44,303 nucleotides of DNA, from contig NC_057720.1 of NCBI RefSeq assembly GCF_004010195.1, forward strand, positions 11,590,103-11,634,405, written 5' to 3'. The translations under genes were made by a program, and so were the position numbers. Shown here piece after piece: positions 34,494 to 44,303 of the stretch. Source of the stretch: Chiloscyllium plagiosum. Its lineage: Eukaryota. A model generated the notes under the pieces. That model saw only the letters and a program-made list of their open reading frames with translations, had not been told where the DNA came from and did no database searches. The stretch's first letter is position 1. Every line of letters starts with the position of its first letter.

Positions 34494-34873
34494 NNNNNNN
34501 NNNNNNNNNNNNNNNNNNNNNNNNNNNNNNNNNNNNNNNNNNNNNNNNNNNNNNNNNNNNNNNNNNNNNNNNNNNNNNNNNNNNNNNNNNNNNNNNNNNN
34601 NNNNNNNNNNNNNNNNNNNNNNNNNNNNNNNNNNNNNNNNNNNNNNNNNNNNNNNNNNNNNNNNNNNNNNNNNNNNNNNNNNNNNNNNNNNNNNNNNNNN
34701 NNNNNNNNNNNNNNNNNNNNNNNNNNNNNNNNNNNNNNNNNNNNNNNNNNNNNNNNNNNNNNNNNNNNNNNNNNNNNNNNNNNNNNNNNNNNNNNNNNNN
34801 NNNNNNNNNNNNNNNNNNNNNNNNNNNNNNNNNNNNNNNNNNNNNNNNNNNNNNNNNNNNNNNNNNNNNNNNN
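34494..34873. other. Assembly gap (N run)
   Basis: Run of N covering the expected CR1 endonuclease start. Confidence 0.99.
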
Positions 34874-35626
34874 TTTCTATACTCGAACTACAATTTTGGT
34901 TCCCATCCCCCTGCTGGATTAGTTTAAACCCACCCCAATAGCCTTAGCGAATTCCCCCACCAGGATATTGGTACTCCTCTGGTTCAGATGAAGACCATCC
35001 TGTTTGTAGAGGTCCCACCTACCCCAGAAAGAGCCCCAATTATCCAAGAATCCAAAACCCTCCCTCCTGCACCGTCCCTGTAGCCACATGTTCAACTCCT
35101 CTCTCAACCTATTCCTCGCCTCATTAGCACGTGGCATGGCCAACAAACCAGAGGCAACAACTCTGTTCGTCCCAGCTCTAAGCTTCCGTCCTCGCTCCCT
35201 GAATTTCTGCCTTAAATCCCCATCTCTCTTCCTACTTATGTCGTTGGTGCTTATGTGGACCACGACTTGAGGGTGCTCCCCTTACCCCTTAAAGATCCCA
35301 AAAACACGATCAGAGACATCATAAACGCTGACACCTGGGAGGCAACACACCAACCGTGAGTCTCTCTTGTCCCCACAGAATCTCCTATCTTAGTACTGCA
35401 ATATAACTGCATTTTCATATTCCCCTTGCCAGCAAAACAAAAAGGAGCTCTCAGATTCTTGTATTGCATTTCAAGACCTCCGAATGCCTCCAAAACTATT
35501 TTACAGTCCATTTAGCATTACTGGCATGCTGCTGAGAAAGAAGAGACAGGGTCTTGAAACTCTCCACCTCATGCTCATCAGAATTTATGTTGCATGAGAA
35601 AACAATGCTGATTGGTTTGATTTCGA

Positions 35627-35720
35627 AGCTCCTTGGATGCTGCCTGAACTGCTGTGCTCTTCCAGCACCACTAATCCAGAATCTGGTTTCCGGCATCTGC
35701 AGTCATTGTTTTTACCTCAC
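35627..35720 (+). mobile_element. PLE terminal repeat fragment (family A relative)
   Basis: ctccttggatgctgcctgaactgctgtgctcttccagcaccact...catctgcagtcattgtttttacctc. Confidence 0.7.
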
Positions 35721-35934
35721 AAGTTGACTCTGTCAATACATTCAACACTCTTCTGCGGTGTGGTATAAATTGTTGCTCCCTTTGCGATTCACTGTTCTCA
35801 CATCTTTCCTGATGAGTTCGGGGCAAAACACCTTTGACAGCCTGCTTCTTTCTTTTCAACAATTCTCTCAAGTTCTGCACAACCAAGTGAGCACTTATTA
35901 TTAAAGTGTAGTCACTGCTGTAATATAGGGAATG

Positions 35935-36615
35935 CAACAATCAATTTGTGCACATATCCGGATCCCAACACCAGACAGAACTCAATTTTCTTCAAATGAT
36001 ACCATGGGACTTTCTAAATCCACCTCAAGAGACAAATCAGGCCTACAGATAGTTATAGAATGTTACAGCACAGAAAAAGGTCCTTCAGCCCATCGTGCTT
36101 ATGCTGGTTAAAAATAAGCACCTGTCTATTCTAATCCCATTTCCCAGCACTTTGCCCCAGAGCCACTTGGCATCGTAAGTGCACATCTAAATACTTCGGA
36201 AATGTTATGAGGGTTTCTGCCTCGAGCACCTTTACAGGCAGAGAATTCCAGATTCCCACATCCCCTCGAAAACCTCCTACCCCCCCCTTACCTTAAACTT
36301 TTATGCTCCCTCCACCATAAGGACATGTTCCTTCCTGTCTCCGCTCCCTCACAATTTCATACACCTCGATCATGTCCCCCTTCAGTCTCCGCTGCTCAAA
36401 GGAAAACAGCCACAGTTTATCCAAACTCTCTTCATAACTAAAACTCAGTTCAACGTTTAAGCCAAAATAAACAGTACCTCTGATACTGCAGTATTCCCTT
36501 ACTTCTGCAATGGACATGACAGTCAAGCTTTTGCACTCCAGCCCTTTGCAGCCAGCTTTGAACCCTTAACCTTCTGACTCAGAAGCAAGCGGGGACACTC
36601 ACTGAGCCACAGCTG
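35935..36615 (-). mobile_element. Deu-domain SINE split by a CR1 tail (about 36045-36445)
   Basis: ccatgggactttctaaatccacctcaagag on the left; aacgttt...cagtacctctgatactgcagtattccct...actgagccacagctg on the right. Confidence 0.6.
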
Positions 36616-38019
36616 CTTGAACATTTTATAGTGCAGCAAATAGATTTATTTTTGATGTACCGACATAACATAGGAGCCATCTACCGACATGGCAACACTA
36701 ATTTTCTTTTGACTGCAGCAGCTTCAAACTGTTAAATCAAACCTCACTAACTTGCCGATGCAACTAGCAAGCATGAAATTGGCCACAACTAGATGAGACT
36801 CAAGATGTCTGCCAGCAGGTTTCATGATCTTTCACTCTATCTGCAAACCATTCAAATTCAATTTTGCGAATGGCAATCCGCCAGGATTGCAAAGTCTCAA
36901 CAGAAATGTATTTCCGTGCTCGCTGAAGCAGGAATTGTTAGTTCTGGGGAATGGAATGTTTTCCATTTCAGGCACCCATCACTGGTCTTAAACAGTGTCT
37001 TCGAGACAGGAACTATGCAGCTGGATGCATAGTGTGGCTCCTTCATTATTCATCTCCAGTAATCATGATATTGAATAGCAGAGCAGGTTCGAAGGGCTGA
37101 ATGGCCACCCTGTTCCTATTTTCTACGTGTCCCAGAGGGTTATTTTCTACCCCCATTTCCCACTGCCAGGGTTGTTGATTTATTGCAGGATATGGGGCAG
37201 TTTTGTGCTGTACACCCACAGCGACTGAAGAGTGGGTGTACTGTGACTGGCTCTTTTCTCACAGCACCCCGCACTGCAAACGAGATGTTGGGATTCTCGT
37301 CCATCAGGCGCAGATAGAAGCATAGAAGCATTGCATTTGTGTAGCATCTTTAGCAACCTCAGGATGTCCCAAGGTACTTCAGAAGTCTGTCTGAGAGTTA
37401 CTTTGAGGGAAACATGGACAGTGAGGTCAATATGTAATTCATTTCTGTAACATTAGACGCGAGACCAGGACACCAGACGAACATCCTCCACTCTTCCTCC
37501 AGCCATCAGAACTGTGCCATCTCAGATACTGAGCTCAACTGGTTGGGGGTGGGGGGGTGTCCCCACTATTTCTGACAAGTGCAGCAAGTAATAAACATGA
37601 TTGGTTTTAAACACTCCTCTCTGTACTTTAAGGCTTTTAGTTACAGCTAGCCAGGAGCTCTTAAGATGCAAAGTTAACGCTTTTTGCCCTGCAATCATCA
37701 GGAACAGGATGCATGAAAAATAAACTACCAATCAGAATACCAGCATGAACTGATATCTTGAGCTCTGGAGAAATCTTGTCTCACTCAAAATGTTATCTCT
37801 GCTTCTCTCTCCCCAGTTGCTGGAAGACCTACTGAGTTTTTCCAGCTTTCTCCATGATTGTTTTAGTAGACTGTTTGTAAGCTGGGTGTCCTTGTAATCC
37901 ACTCCTGATGAGTACGGGACTAAAGGATTCAACTTGGTGTCTCCTTTTACCCGGTGTTTAAATTCTATACGGTCAAGCAATTGCCAGCTCTTAACTTTCA
38001 GAATTCTACTGGCCAAGAT

Positions 38020-38290
38020 GGGAGCAGCATGGTGGCTCAGTGGTTAGCACTGCTGCCTCACAGCGCCAGGGACCCGGGTTCAATTCCAGCCTCGGGTGAC
38101 TGTCTCTGTGGAGTGTGCACACTCTCCCCGTGTCTGTGGAGAATGAGGAGTGTCTGTGCGGGTTTGATCTGGCTTCCTCCCACAATCCAGGGATGGTCAT
38201 GTTAGATGAATCAGCCAGGTCACAGGGATAGGGGTGGGTCTGGACCTGATGGGCCAAATGGCCTGCTCCCACGCTATAGGGATTCAATGA
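38020..38290 (+). mobile_element. HE1-type V-SINE, diverged 3' half
   Basis: ggtggctcagtggttagcactgctgcctcacagcgccagggacccgggttcaattcc. Confidence 0.85.
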
Positions 38291-39002
38291 TATAACGGTC
38301 CCTTTGATAAGCAATCTTTCTTTAGCAGACATAAATCGCCATTCTGTTTAGCCAGATACCCTCAGAGAGACAGACACACTGCCAATTCCAAACAAATAGC
38401 CCATTGTAATAATGGACTCAGTCACAATGACTTATGAAACAGCCCAGCCATTGATCACCTCTCCCTCACCATTTCCAATATCCATACAGTTCATAAGATC
38501 TTTCAAATAATAATGAGCATGGATCTAATCAATATTTCTTTCAACTACAAACAAATATTTACTAGAATTTATTGTTCTGGTCAATAGAGAAATTGAGTGG
38601 GAGGAGATATGTCAAACTGATGTAGCTTGTGTTCCTGAGTAATAGAATCAAAAAACAATTTTAAGATTTCTGTAGAACTTCATCAACCCATTAGCAGCTT
38701 TACTCATCAAAGACCAAACCTTTCAAGGAATATCCAGTCCAATGAGATTGATAGGTTTTCATTGACTGAGGGTCACACAGTAAAGACAGGTAAATGGAAC
38801 TGAGGTACTGAGACCCAGGATCGAACTGAATTGTGCAGGCTTGAGTGATTTATCGCTCTATCCCTGTTCGTATTGATCGACTAGACTAAGTAGATCACAA
38901 ACAACCAGTATAAGACCATAAGACATAGGAGCAGTAGTCCATTCAGCCCATTTACTCTTCAATGACATCATGTCTGATCTGATAATCCTCAACTCTTCTT
39001 TC

Positions 39003-39127
39003 CAAAATATCAGACTTCCAAGCAGCTAATGCATGTAATACAGGACAAAGTTCAAACCAAGAACAGACATGACCTTGCTGGTTTATGTACATCAGAAGCA
39101 GGGAAGCTTCAGTCAGGGGGCAAGGTA
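39003..39127 (+). repeat. 125-bp direct copy of 40068-40192 inside a CR1 tail
   Basis: Manual alignment gives 4 mismatches in 125 bp with no indels. Confidence 0.92.
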
Positions 39128-40944
39128 ACCTCAACAGCCTTCTCTGGTAGAGAATTCCAGAGACTCACCACCCTCTGAGAGAAAGAAACTCCTCCTCCTT
39201 ATCTCTGTCCTAAATGAGTGACCCCCTTATTCTGGTCCTAGACTCTCCCATAAGGGGAAACAACCTTTGCACATGTATTCTGTCGAGCTCTGAAGAACCT
39301 TGTATATTTCAATAAGGTCGCCAAGGCATAGATTGCTATACACTGAACGTACTGAAGAGGACGCACAGTGCATACCATGTACACAGACAGAGTTTAATTA
39401 GAACATCAATGAACCTCTCCATCAATGATAATTTATATGGCTCCTGCAACAGAATACATTGTCTCAAGGTGCTCCTCAAAACAGCGGTAAGAAACTGTGC
39501 AGAACCACAAATGAGGACAGGTGAACAAAAGTTCAGTCAAAGAGGTGATTCAAAGCAGGGAAGAACACAGGAAGGTATCAATGGGTTGGCCAGTGGATGG
39601 AAAAGTGCCAGTATGAATCCATTCCAAAGAAAATTTAGAGATTCTATGCATTTGGTGTGAGTAAATGGTGGGATACTGAGAATTGAAGAGACATTGAGAG
39701 TGTGCACCCACACAATTCCAAGGGGACAGGGAGCTTTAGAAAATTTACAAGGTACATTCTTTCATTTGTCAAGGTCCAGAATATATGGGATGAGAGCAGC
39801 CGGCGTCAAAAAGGTCTAAAAAATCTTTGTGATGAGCAATCATGTAAAGATTATAATGCAAAGTGGCAAAGTCACTCCAGTGAGATGAGCTGGAAATTAT
39901 AGCACATTTTATGTGAAATGCAAATGCTTTGAGGCCACATCAAATGGGTGAAATTATCAGATTTTAACTGGGTAGAAGCATTAGTATTCCCATTGTTTAT
40001 CTTCTATCACTGTCAAGGCTGTGAACCAATGCACTTGCATAAAATCACCAAGGCATCCTCAGCATTTCAAAATATCAGACTTCCACGCAGCTAATGCACG
40101 TAATACAGGACAAATTTCACACCAAGAACAGACATGACCTTGCTGGTTTATGTACATCAGAAGCAGGGAAGCTTCAGTCAGGGGGCAAGGTAGCAACACC
40201 CAGGAGCTTAGATTGCCATCTGAAAGGTCTCTGTTCGTCACTAATGAAAAGAAGGAGATTCACCGGCCATCATTCAAAGTAGCTCATGGGGGGGTGGGGG
40301 GGGGGAACACTCAGAAAGTCATCCCACCTTTGCTCCTTGAGATTTTCTCTCAAATTTGGATTCCAAATGCAACTCCCAATTCACAATAATAGACTAAGAT
40401 TGGATTCATCTCAGACTTAAACTGTTTGATGCAATGGAATCGGAAATCAGACAGGTAAAAGCAGCAATTACGTTAGCTGGTGACAGTTTAGCACTTTGTG
40501 TCAGCTACAAGAGGAAGGTAGTGGTGAAGTCAAAATGTCACTGGATTAATCATCACCGAATCGCAGACTAATGTCCTGCTGACATGGGTTTAAATCTCAG
40601 TACAGCAGATGAATTCAACAGAATCTGCCGTTAAAGGTTAACTTATTGGTGAGCAAGTGCCGTGTGTTCCAATATCCTTTAGGGATGGAAATCTGATGTC
40701 CTTCCCTGATCTAGCCTCCATGTGACTCCAAACCCTGAGCAATGCAGTTAGCACTGCCCTCAGGAATAGCTGAGCAATGTGTTCAAGCTATTAAGGACAG
40801 GAAATGAACACATAAGAAAAAACTACTACCTAATTCATCTCATTTACCATTGCCATTAGTTTGTTTGCATAAAGGTAGCAGTTGACTCTTCAACCTACCC
40901 ACTAGCCAATAGTTCAGATGTTCCCAGGTTTAACTGCATATTCC

Positions 40945-41065
40945 TGATGTGGAATGCCAGCGTTGGACTAGGGTGCACGAAGTTAAAATTACACAACACC
41001 AGGTTATAGTCCATTTGGAAGCACTAGCTTTCAGAGTGCTGCTCCTTCATCAGGTGGTTGTGGCT
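40945..41065 (-). mobile_element. PLE family C terminal repeat with hammerhead
   Basis: Minus strand 41056-41022: CAC-CTGATGA-A-GGAGC agc ACTCT-GAAA-GCTA/GTG. Confidence 0.75.
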
Positions 41066-41661
41066 TATTCCTGGTACACTGAGTGTTCATCACAGACTCA
41101 GTGGAACTATACTGCAGCCTCAGATGGTGCAGCGTTGGGGACATGAGGGCAGCTACATTCTCCAACAGTGAGTCACCCCTCGGTAATAACTGTAAAGATT
41201 GTCAGCCCCATTATGACCCATCATTTTCAAAGGACAGTGCACGAGATCCTCTGAAACATGAAGAGGGGTCACAGGGGTTGCCAAAGAAATCCATGGCCTG
41301 TTCCAACTTTTAACCACAGGGAGCCTTGAACTTCCAGAAGAACAGCCAGCCCATTACCTGACTGCCCAGTGGCACAGATGCCACCTGGAACAGACCCCCA
41401 TTTCAACTTGGCCTGACAGAGACCCATCCCTTCTTCGCCTGGTAGACACTCCCATTCTGGCCTGTTACCAACCCCAGCCCAAGATTCTGCCTCTGAAGGT
41501 GCAGTAAGATCGGGAGGGAGGGGGGCGGCAGTGAAGGAAGGAGCAGTCCTGCCTTCTGATGTTTGCTGACCCTCCAATCACTGCTCTGTGCTCAGCTCCC
41601 ATTCTCAGCTCACTGACGAGCTTACTGATGGTTAACTTCCTTTTTAAAACAAACACCAACC

Positions 41662-41799
41662 AAGTCGCTGAGAGTGAGAAAGATCGTTGACAAAGCTTGT
41701 GGCTCGTCAACTTCAGTCATATCGGAAATTCCTTTCAAGAGGCTTCCCCAAGATCAGAAGCAGCAATTCATCCTTGATCTTCTTTCTGAAGCCAGCCCC
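41662..41799 (-). other. Candidate upstream exon of the minus-strand gene; reading frame uncertain
   Basis: Strong acceptor ctttttttccaatctccag| and possible donor TTG|gttggt. Frames give xAGFRKKIKDELLLLILGKPLERNFRYD* or an internal MTEVDEPQALSTIFLTLSDL ending in phase 0. Confidence 0.3.
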
Positions 41800-42009
41800 T
41801 GGAGATTGGAAAAAAAGATGCCAATTGTGGACTTCCAGAAATCCGCCACTTGGTGGAAAATTCTTATCCATAGATCGAAGGCTAGAACTTTATGAAAACA
41901 CTAGCTCGGACACAGCTAGAGTACTGTATACATTTCAGATTCTTCCCACTGTATTATAGAAAGAATGTGAACAAGAGATGGTACAGAGGAGATTTGCGAG
42001 GATGTTACG

Positions 42010-43480
42010 AATGTACATACCAACAGGGATAGGCCAATCTGGCCCTCAAGCCTGCTCTATTCAATAATGGCTGATCTGTCTGCAACCACAAATCCACATT
42101 CCTACCTACTCTTGATAACCTTTAACCCCTTTGCTTAACAGAAGTCTACCCTGGCTCTGCTTTCACCATCTTTTCAGGAAGAGAGTTCACAACCCTCAGG
42201 AAACATGTTGCCTCATCCCTGTTTTAAAAACAACCCCTGATTTTTAAACAGTTCTAGATTCGTATACACTGTCAGGAATGGAGAATTTTAGCTACAAGAA
42301 AAGAATGCCTAGGCTGGAATTGATTTCTTTGCAACAGAGGTAGACTGATGGGAGATTTAATGAAGGTTTATAGAGTTATGAACAGGCCCATAACGTGGAT
42401 AGGGAGAACCTATTTCCCTTAGCAGAGAGATCATTAATCAGGGAGAATTAGATATAAAATAATTGGCAAAGGATTAAAGGATGGTGCATCTGGAACTCAT
42501 TACTGAAAGATGATAGAAATGCACATTTTCATCACACTCAAGTAACACTTGGATATAGACTTGATCTGTTACAACTGATAGGGTTACATGTAAGTTTAGG
42601 CTAGATAACTCGATCAGATATCATTGACATGATGAGCTGAATGATATTCTCCCCCATCAAAAAAATATGTTTCTGGTTTTAAAGAGTGATTTTAAGGAGG
42701 AGGGAAACATCACAAACATTCACAACCTCCATGCCTGATGGTCAGTAGCAGCAGTGTGTACCACCTATAAGTCTACTGCAGAACTTCATCAAGGCTCCTT
42801 AAACAGCACCTTCAAAACCCATGACCACTTCCATCTACAAGGGCACCAGATACATGGGAACACTACCCCCTGCAAGTTCCCCTCCAAGCCACTCCCCATC
42901 CTGACTTGGAAATATATCACTGTCACTCAAAGTCCTAAAGTGCTCTCGGTAAAGCACTGTGGGGCTATCTACACAAAATGGACTGCGGTTCAGGAAGACA
43001 ACTCACCACCACCTTCTCCCAGGCCACCCACATTGGCAATATGGTCAAGAAAGCACAGCAATGCCTCTATTTCCACAGGAGGCTAAGGAAAGTTGGCAGG
43101 TCCATAAAGACTCTTATCAATTTTAATCAATGCACCACAGAAAACATTCTACCTGGGATATGTCACAGCTTGATACAGCAACTGCTCTGCTCAGGACCAT
43201 AAGAAACTACAGAGAGTTGTGAACACAGCCCAGTCATTCACACAAGCCAACCTTCCATCCATTGATTCCATATATACTGCTTGTTACCGCAGAAAAGCAG
43301 CCAACATCAAAGACCCCTCCCACCGCGGTTATAATCTCTTCCAACCTCTTCTGTCAGGCAGAAAATACAAAAGCCAAACACGAACCAACAAATTCAAGAA
43401 TAACCTCTTCCTTACTGTTGTTACACTTCTGAATGGACTTCTGAAACTTCACATCCAGGACTGCTCTTTGTGCACCATTT
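42010..43480. mobile_element. Patchwork of old LINE fragments (CR1 minus, CR1 plus, L2-like, Rex1-like)
   Basis: CR1 tails at about 42010-42260 and 42275-42640; L2-like 42710-43020; HIGNMVKKAQQCLYFHRRLRK...IKDPSHRGYNLFQPLLSGRKYKS at 43020-43480. Confidence 0.65.
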
Positions 43481-43481
43481 C

Positions 43482-43831
43482 TAGAGTCACAGAGATGTAC
43501 AGTGCGGAAACAGACCCTTCGGTCCAACTCATCCATGCCGACCTGATATCCCAACTTAATCTAGTCCCATCTACCAGCACCTGGCCCATATCCCTCCAAG
43601 CCCTTCCTATTTATATACCCATCCAAATGCCTTTTAAATGTTCCAATTGTATTAGCCTCCACCACTTCCTCTGGCAGCTCATTCCATACACGTACCACCC
43701 TCTGTGTGAAAAAGTTGCCCCTTAGGTCTCTTTTATATCTTTGCCCTCTCACCTTAAACCTATGCCCTCTAGTTCTGGACTCCCCCACTGTCTATTTATC
43801 CAATCCATGCCCCTCATGATTGTGTAAACTT
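43482..43831 (-). mobile_element. HER1/CR1 3' fragment
   Basis: GESRTRGHRFKVRGQRYKRDLRGNFFTQRVVRVWNELPEEVVEA. Confidence 0.92.
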
Positions 43832-44303
43832 CGAGATGGTCACGGAGGGAGGTGGCTACTCCTTTGGTTTGGAGGAAGTGGGAGGATTGGAGGATTGGAA
43901 AGAGAAGTTGTTCAGAGTGAGGACCAGTTCAGTCAGTCGAAGGAGGGTGTCAGTGGAAAGGTACTGTTTGGTTCGGCGGGAAAGGAGGGTGTGTGGAACA
44001 GTCCATCTTCCGCAGCTACACTGGCACCATCCCCCACCTTTTCCTCCGCTACATCGATGACTGTATCGGCGCTGCCTAGTGCTCCCACGAGGAGGTTGAA
44101 CAGTTCATCCACTTTACTAACACCTTCTACCCTGACCTCAAATTTACCTGGACCGTCTCAGACTCCTCCCTCCCCTTCCTAGACCTCTCCATTTCTATCT
44201 CGGGCGACCGACTCAACACGGACATTTACTATAAACCGACCGACTCCCACAGCTACCTAGATTACACCTCCTCCCACCCTGTCCCCTGTAAAAACGCCAT
44301 CCC
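43832..44303 (+). mobile_element. Penelope-like reverse transcriptase fragment with an inverted 5' segment; runs off the window
   Basis: Plus frame from 43993: VEQSIFRSYTGTIPHLFLRYIDDCIGAA*CSHEEVEQFIHFTNTFYPDLKFTW...LPFLDL...YYKPTDSHSYLDYTSSHPVPCKNAIP. The minus strand of about 43850-43990 encodes the upstream TDTLLRLTELVLTLNNFSF...FLQTKGVA. Confidence 0.9.

Larger units (their letters stand above)
32380..35390 (-). mobile_element. Long, relatively young but inactivated CR1 LINE (ORF1 esterase part and ORF2 RT)
   Basis: ORF2 pieces PGNYRPVNLTSVVGKVLE, DFSKAFDKVPH, GVPQGEVLGPLLF, ADDTK across frameshifts; ORF1 SGNH-like VHISTND...DGLHLN at 34919-35263; (catagaa)n tail. Confidence 0.92.

Noticed and set aside
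34478..34927. ORFs of about 145-149 aa
   Set aside because: Artefacts of translating the N gap.
35720..35880. Possible extra minus-strand exon (NLRELLKRKKQAVK...)
   Set aside because: Weak acceptor and donor, and no way to fix the frame.
10430..37935. Isolated cctgatgagt motifs (about 10433, 35808, 37904) as hammerheads or box C snoRNA starts
   Set aside because: No GAAA follows a stem II, and there is no convincing box D or terminal stem.
41662..41799. In-frame TGA in MNCCF*SWG read as selenocysteine
   Set aside because: No resemblance to a selenoprotein I know and no SECIS identified in the putative 3' UTR.

Overview
Repeat-dense eukaryotic genomic DNA, almost certainly from a shark. It carries HE1-type V-SINEs, HER1/CR1 LINEs and Deu-domain SINEs; a bamboo shark or another carpet shark is a plausible guess, not a demonstrated one. 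Nearly all ORFs in the supplied track are repeat-derived or chance. I find three phase-compatible minus-strand exons missed by the ORF track (24271-24296, 21678-21732, 15104-15220). They encode the C-terminus of a protein I cannot name, ending in one transmembrane helix and a short basic tail. The most striking system is a set of Penelope-like element (PLE) derivatives from at least three families. They carry minimal hammerhead ribozyme motifs (CUGANGA-A-stem II-GAAA-palindromic stem III-UH) with compensatory stem II changes. Several are head-to-head palindromes, and several copies are flanked by 10-15 bp target-site duplications. One is a tandem two-ribozyme unit. A 5'-inverted PLE reverse transcriptase fragment lies at the right edge. 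Also present: a tandem cluster of short tRNA-derived elements, a 125-bp templated insertion, multi-level nested insertions, several repeat-free enhancer-like blocks and two N gaps. Repeat boundaries are approximate and family names come from recognition, not a database search.
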